A stretch of 63,400 bases of DNA, the filler included, from Dugesia japonica (lineage: Eukaryota), in NCBI GenBank assembly GCA_001938525.1. It is 6 parts of 6 records of this genome, joined end to end, with 100 filler letters (N's around TTAATTAATTAA, not from the genome) between each part and the next. Parts side by side here need not be neighbours in the genome. Positions count along the whole stretch, not along the records: positions 9,967 to 19,527 come from MQRL01590365.1; positions 19,628 to 29,204 come from MQRL01587441.1; 4 more parts are not named here. One strand, 5' to 3'. Under the pieces are notes generated by a model that searched no databases, was not told the DNA's origin, and saw only the letters and a program-made list of their open reading frames with translations. Shown here piece by piece: positions 11,175 to 24,079 of this stretch (its first letter is position 1; each line of letters begins with the position of its first letter). The translations under genes and the position numbers were made by a program.

Positions 11175-11628
11175 ATTAATTTAACATCTAACATTTCTCA
11201 GTTTCTGGATTTCTAATTTCACATTTCACATCCGACATTTTTCATTTTCTGGATTTCTCATTTCACATTTCTCATTTCATATTTCCCATTTTACATTTTT
11301 TATTTTTTATTTTTCATTTTTCATTTTATATTTTATATTTTTTATGTTACATTTTTCATTTTATATTTTACATTTTTTATTTTATATTTTTTTATTTTAC
11401 ATATTTTATTTTATATTATTCCTCTTAAATATCTATCGCACGTTTTTCATGTACGAAATGAACCTTTAACATTTTATATTTCACTTCGTGTATCTAATAT
11501 TTTTCATCTAATATTTTTCATCTAATATTTTACATCTAATATTTTTCATCTGACATTTTTTATTTTTTATTTTTTATTTGGTACGGTAGTATAACCCCTT
11601 GTCGGTAAAAAGTAAATATACCATTACT
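11175..11628 (-). repeat. Sub-terminal short tandem repeats (7-nt CATTTTA/CATTTCT type; 14-nt CATCTAATATTTTT x4) ending in a candidate terminus next to (TA)n
   Basis: Repeats seen directly; rc from 11628 reads AGTAATGGTAT. Confidence 0.55.
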
Positions 11629-12892
11629 TATATATATATATATATTATTATTAAGAACGAATTATTTTTTTATTAGTTTGTTTATTATGTCCTGCATTAT
11701 TTTTTTTAATAATGTATTACATTTACGTTTTTATTGTACAAATTTTCGCTTTTTTCAAGATATTTATATATTTTATAATTTGTATAATATGCTATCTAAA
11801 AAGAGCTTAAGAACAATCTCTCTAGATAAGACAAAAGTTTTTCTATTATTTTTGTAATCCTGTATTTAAAATTTATTTAATGAATGATAATCAAATAGTC
11901 ATTATAGATTATACTTATATACTTAGTTTTATTTATACAAAAATATAAATATTTAAACATAAAATTTGTCATATTTTTCTCTTTGAAATTGTTTTGAATT
12001 AAAATATAATTTACTTATACTAAAATATAATTTTCAAATTTTATACAAATTTATTTTTATGTTATTTTTTAAAAAGAAATTTTCTTTTTTAATGTTTAAT
12101 TCTTACATTGCAGTTTTTTTAAATACAAAGTGAAAAAGACAATTTTAAAGATTCGTGTGCAAAGTGTGCATATGATGATTATATGTGTAATGATTGGATA
12201 AAAATTCATGAAAGTTATTTTATTTTTAGTTAGATTTTATAATAAATGAATATGAATTATAAAAATAATATTTTTTTTTNTTTAATTAAAATGTGTTGAC
12301 GTCTTGGTATTATTAAAAATCTTATTTTATTTATATATAAATTCTTCATTGGATAAAAATTGGTAACCTTTAGGAGAGTGTAAAGTATGTTTCATTTTAT
12401 CTTGTGCAAATAATCACTTAAATCAGCAAATTAAATTTATTTGAAATTATAAGTGATGATATATATAAAGTTAGTTAAAGATAATCTTATTTAAATTCCT
12501 ATCTGTAATTAGAATTTGTTATTTTATTTTATTAAATTTTATTTATTATAGTATCTATTATTTTGCTTGTGGGGAAAGTCTGAAGGCACCAAAAGAGTCA
12601 CCAGAAAAATGTGAAGGAAACCTGGGTGTATGTTGTGTTAGATAATTTATTTTGCAATGACACCAAATAAATATATCAAATGGAAATTAAAAAAACTTTT
12701 TAACAAATTATATTAACAAGTAAAACTATGTATTGTAAATTAACTGTTTTTTTCTTTATACAAGAGACAACTGAATTTAAACTTGCTTCTACTAGAAGAG
12801 TTCATTTTAGTTTTCACAAGTTCTTCTTTTAGATCTTTGTTTTGGAAAAATTTAGCTTTATTACCTTGTTTTACAATTGCAATTATTACGAA

Positions 12893-13027
12893 ATAATTGT
12901 TGGACTTAACCATTGATCGTTTTATAGAATTCATTTAATATAAAAGCTTAGATAAAATTTAGGTTTTAATTATTGATATTGGATAACAATTCGATATCAA
13001 TAATTAAAACCTAAATTTTGATCTAAG
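12893..13027. repeat. Palindromic MITE-like repeat (related copies at 60744-60785 and 62648-62765)
   Basis: Shared ATAATTGTTGGACTTAACCATTGATCG followed by long hairpins (about 33-bp arms, 12947-13027). Confidence 0.65.
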
Positions 13028-15869
13028 NNNNNNNNNNNNNNNNNNNNNNNNNNNNNNNNNNNNNNNNNNNNNNNNNNNNNNNNNNNNNNNNNNNNNNNNN
13101 NNNNNNNNNNNNNNNNCAATATTTCCAATAATCCAAGGTTTTCTTTCTTTTTAATATTTTCTCGGCGGTTGCCAAATTTTCAAAATTTCAACTTTTGATT
13201 TAAATTTTTAATTTTTTTGTCAATATTTATTATTGACACATTTCATTATATTTTGTTTATTTCTTTGATATAAAAATTAGCATATCGCACGCTTATCGTA
13301 TAAAATATAAAAAAAAATTTCAATATTTTTACATGACATTACAATATATTTTGCGAAATCAAAGTTTCGTTTTCTATAGGTTGGCGGAAAAGTTTTGTCG
13401 TTTTTTTCATAATTTAAAAAGTTTTTTATTATTAAAGTATTTTATTAATGGTGTTTTAATAGAATAATTAGTAATCGAAGTAGCTCCTTGCTGAATCAAT
13501 AATATCAAACCAGGTTTAGGCATTATGAAGATTTCACGATGATAAAACTCTTGATTCTTTGAATCAAAAATTTGTAAATATTCTGTTTCATATCGTTAAT
13601 ATATTGAAAGTGCTGGCCTTTCACAAAATGCTCCATTAAAGGGTAAAGGTGACAGTCATTTATTTTCATAAAATGTTTAATGTATTGACATAGTATTCAT
13701 CAGAAAATGATTATTCAATTCATGTTTTTTATACTTTTTTAGTTGTTAGAACTTCGAATTTTTGACTTTTGTCTTCATTACGATTTAACTTTAAATTAAA
13801 ATACTAAAAACTATTAAAAATATTTCAAAAAAACTACATTTTAATTGAAGCCTATATTTTAATGAAATCACATATACGATCAATGGTTAAGTTCAACAAA
13901 TACTCTTGAAATAATTGTAATTGTTAAACTAATCAATTATTATTAGTTAAATTTTAATAAAATTAAATTCATTGAAAATGTTTTAGGCAAACTAGTGATG
14001 TCGTTAATATAAAATATTTATAAATAATTTATAAAAAAATGATTTTGAACCAATTAGAATGGATTTAAATCGGATATATTTGGATTGTTATCATTCGTGC
14101 TATAAACTGTGTCGAAATATCCGAAATTCTGTGAAAATAAAGAAAGCTTTGAAAAGATTTATTAGTTAAGTACATATTAATAGTTAACAAGCGCAAACGT
14201 TAATTTTATTTCTTGCTCAAATAAACTGAACAATTTTAATGAGTTAGTAGGTAGAGATTAGCACACAGCCTCTGCACACATTCAGTAGCCCCCCCCCGTG
14301 ACGTAATGAAATTTAATTCAAATGCATTTAGTTGGGAATTTAAAAATGACATCATAAATTGCATAATTAGGTGAAATTATCTCAGAGTTGGTTTTTTTCC
14401 CTGTGTATTTAGTTGGGAAAATATTTTGCACACAAATTATGTCATGAGATTGATTTCAGCAGTGAAATTTCACTTAATAGGAATAAGAAAGGCTATTTTT
14501 TCTAGTGTATTTAGTTGGGAAACCTTTTAGGCTTATTAGGCGGTAATAGTTTTTAGGGCTTTTTAGTTGCGAAATTACTCGGTGAGGTCGAATGAGGTCA
14601 ATTTTTGATTGGTTTTAGGTAGTTTTTGTTGAAAGTTTTCTTAGTGAGATCAAATAATGTCGATTTTTAGTTCAGATGAATTTAGTGGAATATTTTCTAT
14701 TGAATGGTTAACCTGGTTCATTTTTGGGCTATTTGATCAATTTTCGGTTGGTTCAGGTGAATTTCTCTAATTATTCAGTCAATTATTGCCTCGGGATTAG
14801 TCAGTTTGAGCAAACTTTCTCAGCTTTAGTTAGTTTTAGAATTTATTCGGTGAGGTCAATTTTTGATTGGTTTTAGAGGATTTTGTCCAATCCTGCTTGT
14901 TCTTTGGTTTTATGGGTTTCGTTTTTATTTTGATAGCTAATATTCAAATACAATGCTAGAAAATAATAGTTCAACATAACAAATACTGATATTATCATTA
15001 AAAATATTAATCTCAACATTGAAAATATTAGTTTCAATAGATAAATTTATGATTTAATCAATAAAAACAGAGGTTTTATTATGAAAATGTGGGTTTTGTA
15101 ATAATATATATGGGAATTATCGTATAATTATTGGTTTTATCAGGAAAATATGGGTTTAATGAAAAACAGGAGTTTTATCATGAAAATACTGGTTTTACCA
15201 ATAAAATTTGAGTTTTACAATGACAGTTTTAATTTGATAATTGAATATAAGACCATTAAATTAGATATATTCAATACACTACATTAGGATCTATTGATAT
15301 TTTCAACATTTAGACCAACACAAAGACAAACAAGTAATATTTATTCAATTATTACTTATTCAAACTAGATTTCGCTTTATTCTTACTAAGTTTCTTTGGT
15401 TTAAGTTAGAAAACATGAGAGGTAGGACAAGAGTGAGTTGATCAAATTTACTATAACTCGTGAAATTTAATCTGAAATTTGATAGTAGTCGATAAAAATT
15501 AACTGAAATTTCATAGATGTATTAAAACAGTTTATAAAAATGCACAGTAGACGATAAAAATAATCTGAAATTGCACAGTAGTTGATAAATATTTTATGAA
15601 ATTGCTCAGCAACCACAAATTATTTTATCAAAAGCATTAAACACTTTATGAAATTTACATGAAATATGCAAGATGAATGAATAATATGTTGCATTACATA
15701 CACAGTATGTGTCCAGTACAAGTGTGAGACTAGTGCAATATAAATACCACTCACTCGAATGAAAATTATTGATTTTAATAATGACAAGTTTCATGACCTA
15801 CTAATTCTTTCATATAATTACTTGGTCAAAATTGGTTTCAATTGCTAAAGTTATAGGAGAGAATATCTA

Positions 15870-16410
15870 AACATACACAATACTCGTTACTAACAGCCAT
15901 ATCAACACAATACGCGATATCATCAAGTCTTAATACATAATGCTCGCTACCATTAANNCTTAACATATACAATACTCACTGTCATTAAGTGTTAGAAGAC
16001 AAATAACTGCTAGTAAAAATTATATTCAATGACATAATTTTTCTGGTTTATATTGGGAAAATCTTTAATGATTTTGTAATGGAGGACATACTCATTCATA
16101 AACTCATCATTCTAAATAAACATAAAATTTTATATTAAAATAAAACATGCATACCAAAACCCATATATTGAATAATTATTAACCCTTGTTTTCACAAAAC
16201 TAATTTGTTACTATTATGTAATAAAAGGATAAATTTAATTTTAATTAATTTATGATCACCATACATTATTATTTATTTATTAAGTATTTATTATTACCAT
16301 ACAATACTCGCTCCCATTAAGTCTTAACATGTACAATACTCACTAATAACGGGTATCTCAACACAATACTCGCTACCGACAGCTCTTAACATACAGAATA
16401 CTCGTTATCA
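15870..16410 (+). repeat. Degenerate about 30-bp tandem repeats (ACAATACTCGCTACCATTAAGTCTTAAC) in two blocks
   Basis: Units visible at 15876-16000 and 16300-16410. Confidence 0.75.
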
Positions 16411-17589
16411 TCATTTACCTATTGATTATTCAGTTGATAGTTTAATATGTTCATCGCTTATTTCAAATTATCAACCCTATATTACATACTAAGTATATAC
16501 TTTGCAACCAATGACCGGTTATTTCTTCATATATTTTCAACTTAATATAGAACTTTACTTTGACAATAGACAATCTAATGTGCTTTATNNNNNNNNNNNN
16601 NNNNNNNNNNNNNNNNNNNNNNNNNAACCAATTAAACATATATTTGTAATATAAATTTATTCTTTCATTCATTGAAATTCTAACCAATTATTCATGAAAC
16701 TAATATTTACCTTAGTAAATAATTAATTAATTTAATTTTCAAAGAAATTCTTATTCAATCATTTAAAATTAAGAATACACATAAACAAAATTTTAAATAT
16801 ATCTAATAAATTGAAATATCTAAATTGAAAATAAAAAATGATCCTGATTTATTTTAGTATTTACTGAATGTGAAACCATAAATTGTAAAGGTTTTTCCTC
16901 TATAAATTGTAAAAGTTTAAATTTTATAAAGTAGTACCAATAATAAGCATCTATTTATGAAAAAGCTTAAATTTTCACTTCTATTTAAAATGTCTAAAAT
17001 TATTGTATTTTACACTTAAAATTAAAGTTTTAGGTACTTTTCTGATAATTATNNNNNNNNNNNNNNNNNNNNNNNNNNNNNNNNNNNNNNNNNNNNNNNN
17101 NNNNNNNNNNNNNNNNNNNNNNNNNNNNNNNNNNNNNNNNNNNNNNNATTTTCAAAACCTAATAAATTTGCTACTATAATTTTAATTTAACCATAAAGAT
17201 ATACATGGAATCTTATTTATTTTCAAAATAACCTTTTAAAATTTATTCAAAACATAATTCAAATTACTAAAAAAACAGTTTTAATTAAATTTCACATTGA
17301 AAATTAATAAATTCATCATACTTAATTTATTCAATCAATATTATTTGCAATATTTTCAATAAATAGTTACAAATAATTTCATTAATTTAATCTTAATTAA
17401 AATTCATATTATAAATTAAATTTTAATTACATTTTTACGATAAAAAATAAAACAATTTATTAAAAATACATGGATATATTTATATTTCAAAATAACAAAT
17501 CAAAATATAGAACAGTTTAAATAATTAAATATTAATTTAATGATATTAGTCTTGATCAGCGAAAAATTCTATATCGAGTATATGGTTTT

Positions 17590-18075
17590 ATTATAAATGT
17601 TGAGATACTTTTGAAATTTTCGATAAACGTTACCAAATCNGGGAGGACGGCTGTACATATTCGTTAGGAAGCATTTTTCAACAGACGATATTTTAGCTTT
17701 GTACAGTCAAATTTTCCTCCTGAGTAAATTAATACCAAATTTGAAACCATACGAGTTATGTACGCAGAGAAAATTGAGTACTAAAATTCAAATTTTGAGA
17801 TTTTTTCACCAGTTATTTAATCGAGTATTAATTTTGGCTATTTTAAGTGAACATATCTGGAATCAGCAAATAAATTCTCTATCGAATAGTCACTTTTTTT
17901 TAACCTATTTTAGAATGAAAATCTTTTCGAAATATGTTTATTTGTGAAAAATAATCGCCGTAAAATTCTCTGCAGTTTGGTAAAAAAATCTTTGAAATCA
18001 GAGATATAGAACATATTTTTTCAAAGCTTTCGGAATTCTCGGATTTCCATAAAAAATTCATTTAAAATATTTAAA
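17590..18075 (+). repeat. Interspersed repeat, second copy at 33180-33665
   Basis: Collinear blocks such as GTACATATTCGTTAGGAAGCATTTTTC and AAAATCTTTGAAATC-GAGATATAGAAC. Confidence 0.85.
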
Positions 18076-18170
18076 AATGTTCATATTATTAAAACCACAT
18101 AGGCTGCTCATCTGGATTCCATAAAGAATTATACTGAATTACCCAAAAATTACCCAAATTTTCAATTCCC

Positions 18171-18390
18171 GAAAACCGACAAAGTTTGCCCAGATTCGAC
18201 CTCACCGAGAAATTTTCAACGAATTTCACCTAAACTACCCAAAAGTATCAATCCCGACGAAATATTTGATCAAATTCATTAAAAACCGACAAAGTCTGCC
18301 CAGATTCGACCTCACCGAGAAATTTTCAACGAATTTCACCTAAACCACCCAAAAGTATCAATCCCGAGGAAATATTTGACCATATTCACC
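18171..18390 (+). repeat. 110-bp tandem duplication inside the right TIR arm
   Basis: AAAACCGACAAAGT... at 18172 and 18282, near-identical. Confidence 0.9.
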
Positions 18391-20651
18391 TGAACCAACA
18401 AAAAATCGACCACTTTTGACCTAACCGAGCAAAATATGGATAGAAACCACCGAAAACCAATCAAAAATTGACCTCATTCGACTTCATCGAGTTAATTCGC
18501 AACTAATAAGCCTAAAATATTTCCTAACTGGACAAAATAGCCCCTCTTAATCCTATTACATAAAATTTCATCGATGAAATTAATCTCATGACATAATTTG
18601 AGTGCAAAATATTTTCCGAAATAAATACACAGGGAAAAAACAATCTCTCTGACATAATACTACCTAATGATGCAATTTATGATGTCATTTTTAAATTCCC
18701 AACTAAATGTACTAGAATTAAATTTCAATACGTCACGAGGGGAAGCTACTGAATGTGTGCAGAGGCTGTGCGCTAGTATCTACCTATTTGAGTTTAATGC
18801 TTTATAATCTTAATAAAATAAGAATTGATTTAAATTGATTTAATTTGAATTGAGTTTCAATTAGAACTTTGTGTCTAAAATTAATTGAAAAATTCAGAAT
18901 ATTGAAATTAGAAAAAGTAATTTAGACATTAGAATTTTGAAATTTTTATTTAATAAATACAAATCAATTTATTGAAATGTAATGTACTCAAATAAATATT
19001 CTGGAATATATCAGACGACAAAAAGACTAATTTAAATAATTAGTTAATATGTTATATTTATTAATGTTTCTCAGTTTTTTATCTTCATCGTAATATAACT
19101 TCATTGTAAATTGCTGAAATTTAAAATTAAACATGAATAAATAAATATTTATGTTTATAAGAAACAAGTAAAGAAACTTTTTCCTTTTAATTTTTAGTAA
19201 AAATATAATTAGAAACGAACTAGCAATTAAGCAAAATTGGATGTCACTCAAAATCTGCTTTCATGATTGATATAAACCAACAATAGATTAAAAATCATTT
19301 GAGGAATTAAAGGCTGCATTGTTGAATATATTTATTTTTAAGTTGCTTTTTTGTAATTTAAAGAAAAAGCATCGATTATTATTCCCTTTTCTTTTGTAAT
19401 TTCCAATTTCTTTTAATTAGGTTATTTTTAATGAAATGAGAAACAAAAGTTAACATTACAATGGACACTTACATTCAATTGAAACATAAGTAAACTATTG
19501 TTACTAAGGATTGCTGCAATTATAATANNNNNNNNNNNNNNNNNNNNNNNNNNNNNNNNNNNNNNNNNNNNTTAATTAATTAANNNNNNNNNNNNNNNNN
19601 NNNNNNNNNNNNNNNNNNNNNNNNNNNATTTAATTAGGTATTAAGAAAAGAAGAAAGCATTAAAAAACTTCAATTCGATCCAAAAGTTCTTGAAAACATG
19701 TTATTTCTAATGAAAAATTTGGTTAGGTTTTTTAACTTGATCCACCAACAGCAGCTATCGAGATTTATAAGTAAGAAAAAGTGAACGTTACCAATAAATT
19801 GAACATGGACATACAATATTACATGTCCGGAGATAATTAACATAAACAGAAAAAATGTTAAAATTCAAGCTCTATCCATTGCATTTGGTAAACAAATACA
19901 ATGTCAAGTGGATAGGAAGAAAAATAGTGGTAATATATTTTTTATTTATGTAAACTTATTAATTGTTAGTTTAGATCCAGTATGCAATGTCAAACAATCA
20001 CACCAACATCTTGTTTTTTTGGTTGTAAAAGACTTTATTTGTTAAGTGTTGTAAATATTTTGTATATTTTTATGTGATGTTTTTCTTTCAATGTTATATA
20101 ATAAATCTTATTTAATCAAAGTGTTTTTTTATTTTAAACATATAATTTTAATTAAATCTTATATTTAAATAAAAAATCTCTTTTAAATTAACATCTTGAA
20201 TTGTTAGTAATATTTTTAATTCGAATACAAAATAATTTCTTTCAATATTTTCCAGCATTTCTTCTATAACAAAATCCAAATTCATTATTAATGAACATTT
20301 AAATTAATTTTGTTTATACTCAATATGCATGTGACATGTTCAAAGCATGCTTGCGTTTTGCACAATGCATGTTTGCATTAAAGAAACTTAATAAATAATA
20401 AAAAAACTTAATAAATAAAAAAAACAAATAATAATAACAACTTTTATTTAAATAAATACTTTAATATACAAATTTGATTCTAAAGAAGATTGGTTATGCG
20501 TTCACAAATGTTTTTTTGAGAAGGTTTTCTTTTTTAATCTAAGTAAAAAACAATTAAAATAACATTTAGAAACCAAATAAATAACTACCATTGTTTGATG
20601 TTTTGTTCTTGACCAGGCTAGATCGAATGAACGGTTTTATGGAAAAAAAAA

Positions 20652-22577
20652 CTATACGATACTATAGTGACCATATGGGACACTTTTAATTTTGCCTACC
20701 AATATGTGCTTATCATCTGTATTTGTTAGCGCTAATTTATTTGACTTAATGCTGTAGAGCTAATGGTTTTTAGATGTTATTCTGAATTGCTCTACTAAGA
20801 CCGATTTTTTCTCATAATAACAGTTAAGGTAAGACTGATGAGAAATTTCAGTTTTCTTCAATGTTATGCTTTTGGCTTTCATGCTGTTCTTTTCTCCGAG
20901 CAGGCTATAGGATTTTGGCCTAAAAAATACCCATTCTTGATACTTCTTACCTTTATTCTTATCTTTGAATTTCTAGCTGTTACTATAAAGGATATGATTT
21001 TTATCATAATTCGAAGTATGAAGTAACTGATCTCTCTTCATACTTGCTGTTATTTTTTCTAATTTAGTATTTTCTATTTCCAGAAAAAATACTATCGGTA
21101 TCACCGGTTACAATATTAATTTTACATTTAAATTCCTTTCATATACTTGTCCAACTCAATGTACTGCAGTTTGTACATTCTCAATTTTAAGTTATAGTTT
21201 TTAAATAATCCTTAAAAATCAAGTTCTTCTCCGATGGCATCGTAAACATTGTAGTACTTGTCTGGATCTTTTCACAAATTGGTTCATGCTTTTCCTATGC
21301 TACAACATTTTTGAATCCATTGTGACAGTTAGGACACCATTTTGATCGAATGCGAACACCCTGTCCTTTATTATTCCGGTTCATTAAGCGATTTAGATTA
21401 ATAACTGCGGTTTAATGAAATCTGTTGTTATTTTCCAGTAATAACAGATATATTTTCTCTCCATCTACCACTTTTGATCGGTGTATTATATCTGAATTTG
21501 GATGTTTCATGATTTGGATGTTTCTTCTTTATCCTCCCTTGATTCTTGATTCCATGATAGGAAAATAATGGATAGTCCTGGATTATTCTTCTCAAACTTT
21601 GGTATATCAATCAGTTTCCTTGGCATATCCTTATCATCAAAAATAAGCTCCGACATGTTTTTTTTATAAAATGGAACACGGTTTCTATGCTTTCCTCTAA
21701 CTTGATATTTTTTGGTAACCGCAGAAATACTGTTAATAAAACAGTAATTATCATCGTTCTTGATGTTCATAATTGCTTTTTTCCTTTTTAAATCTTTCGG
21801 TGTTGGAATATAACTTTTTCCCGAAAGTCGACAAATATTTGCAGCCTTTGTGATTTTGAAATTAATTTCAAGTATTCTGTTCAACATTCAACTGGAGCCT
21901 AGTTTGCTTCTTATTGTTATTTTCTCATTCAATTGGTTAATCTAATCTTCAAAAAAGTTATCAGTTGATGCAACGACTCTATTTGATATTCCACAGGTTT
22001 TAAACTCAAATTCTTCTCCATCAGTAGTTGTTGTTAATCTTTTGAACTCTAAATGTATCGCAAATTGAATTTTAACTTGCTTCATTTCTTTTATTGTCTT
22101 AAATAATTTGTTTACTTTAGCTTTGGGTAACATTATTTCATGACAATTCCAGTTTGATACATTTATTTTAAGTATTCTATGACAGCGATAAAAATCCTAT
22201 TCTATAATAACTTTATTATCTACAGTATTATTTGCTGAGCCACCAACTTGATTATTATTTTNNNNNNCTTCTACATCCATAAATTGTTGTAACATGATAT
22301 CTTCTTCAGTATTCATTATCGATCCACCAACTTGATTATTTTCCACTTCCATATCAATGAGCTCATGTAACACGATATCTTCTTCATCAAGTTCATCAAG
22401 TATTTCAAAACTGCTCCAATCATATGATTCTATTATTATTGCATCTTCTTCTTGTAAAATATTTAATGTTTCTTATTACGGTTCCAAATTGATGATTTCT
22501 TCAACATATTCAATTACTTCAACATGTTCATCTTTGATTGCTATTTCTTCAACGTCATCCTCAGTAACAATTATTTA
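20652..22577 (-). pseudogene. Protein-primed DNA polymerase B with large internal deletion (junction near 21188)
   Basis: Acidic N-terminus; GKSYIPTPKDLKRKKAIMNIKNDDNYCF; CPNC..H...C finger; then GDTDSIF, RPKSYSL, KAK, DDK, VPYGHY C-terminus; exonuclease and motifs A/B not found. Confidence 0.93.
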
Positions 22578-23097
22578 NNNNNNNNNNNNNNNNNNNNNNN
22601 NNNNNNNNNNNNNNNNNNNNNNNNNNNNNNNNNNNNNNNNNNNNNNNNNNNNNNNNNNNNNNNNNNNNNNNNNNNNNNNNNNNNNTTTTTTTACTTTAAC
22701 TAAAACAAGTCAAGTGTTTCTTATGTGCCCTATAAAAACTTAAGTATTCCCCTAAACCTAATACCTTACAATAAGGACACACAAAATAATTTTTTCAATA
22801 AAACTATTGGACATAGTATCCTTCCATGATATTATGGCACTCACCATTGTGATTCGCACTTGCGCAATGGTTGTATAATTTGCAATGTTCTAAAATAATT
22901 TAATAATAATATAATAATTTTAATAATNNNNNNNNNNNNNNNNNNNNNNNNNNNNNNNNNNNNNNNNNNNNNNNNNNTGCAATGTTCTAAAATAATTTAA
23001 TAATAATATAATAATTTTAATAATAACATAATGATTTTAATAACATTTTTTTTATAAAATATATTAGCTATGATATTTTTCCATAAAAAATATAAGA

Positions 23098-23270
23098 GTG
23101 GTAATTTCAAATAAGAAATCTCATTAGTGTCGGAATTTTGAATAAAATATCTCATCAGTGTAGCAATTTGAAATAAAAAATCTCATTTCGAGGCAATGTT
23201 AAATAAAACAAATTTCATTGAAGATGCAATTTTCCAAAATAAAACATTTTGGTGATGCAATTTTCTCAGA
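23098..23270 (+). repeat. Five to six degenerate about 32-bp tandem units upstream of pPolB
   Basis: Recurring GCAATTT..AAATAAAA.ATCTCAT. Confidence 0.75.
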
Positions 23271-23399
23271 AAAATGATAAAAGCATAGAACTTTTTCATT
23301 AAAAAAACAGAGCATTTCTTCATAACATAGAGCATTTCTTCATAATATCATAGCATGAAACATAGTATATTTGTTAGCATTTTGTTATATTTGAACTAT

Positions 23400-23790
23400 T
23401 ATATTTGTTCTTCATAATAGTTTTTTTTATTAAAATTTAAATTATAAAAAAAAATTATTATTAAAATTTAACTTATAAAAAAAATATTTAAAAACATAAT
23501 AAAATCAAAAAACTAACGTGAATCTCCAATCTTGATCATCCGAGATCCTTCATCTCTATGTCTCATTTCGTCAAATTTCTAAATTACATAATTAATTTAT
23601 TAATAATAAATAATAACAATCTTACAGCATTCATAGTTGAAATAAATCTTTTTCCATTTTGTTTATATGAATTAATTATAAATCTAAAAAGAAATAAAAG
23701 TTAAGAATGTTAATAATAATAATAAATTACTTTAAGCTCTCTTGAATTGTTTACTTGTTTTCTAAAAATAATTTGAAATTGTGATGAATA
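23400..23790 (-). pseudogene. Spliced Polinton accessory ORF, unknown function
   Basis: 47-nt GT-AG introns 23684-23730 and 23579-23625; the two downstream exons splice to FIINSYKQNGKRFISTMNA|KFDEMRHRDEGSRMIKIGDS. Confidence 0.55.
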
Positions 23791-24079
23791 ATAATAAATT
23801 TGACCAAGGTTTTCAACTTTAACCAATCAAATCTAACCAATCAAATTCGAGTAAGTGTGTATTTTAAAATATTGCAGACATATTACTTTGCAGTATTTTA
23901 AATCAATTTTTAAAAAAATAAAAATATATTACGTTGTGGTATTTTAAATTAAATTAATTTTTTTGATAATAAAACGTGTCAAAATAATAATAAAAACATG
24001 TATAAATAGCATATTACTCACAATTTTTTTATTAATAAATGTTGTTATTCTATTCTTAGTTTTAATAAATAAGGAAACA

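Larger units (their letters stand above)
14246..18788. mobile_element. Non-autonomous Polinton/Maverick with long TIRs and a 6-bp TSD
   Basis: TGAGTT|AGTAGGTAGA ... TCTACCTATT|TGAGTT; TIR arms about 14246-14880 and 18120-18788; no recognisable coding remnant inside. Confidence 0.88.

Noticed and set aside
13480-13670. PLPFNGAFCE, an EGF-like ending on the minus strand
   Set aside because: Upstream cysteines absent and in-frame stops present; cannot be supported
22883-23026. Direct repeats flanking an N gap (likewise 27452-27612)
   Set aside because: Identical sequence on both sides of a gap is typical of unmerged contig overlap
23098-23270. CRISPR-like periodicity (also 15870-16410)
   Set aside because: Degenerate tandem units without unique spacers, no cas genes, eukaryotic context
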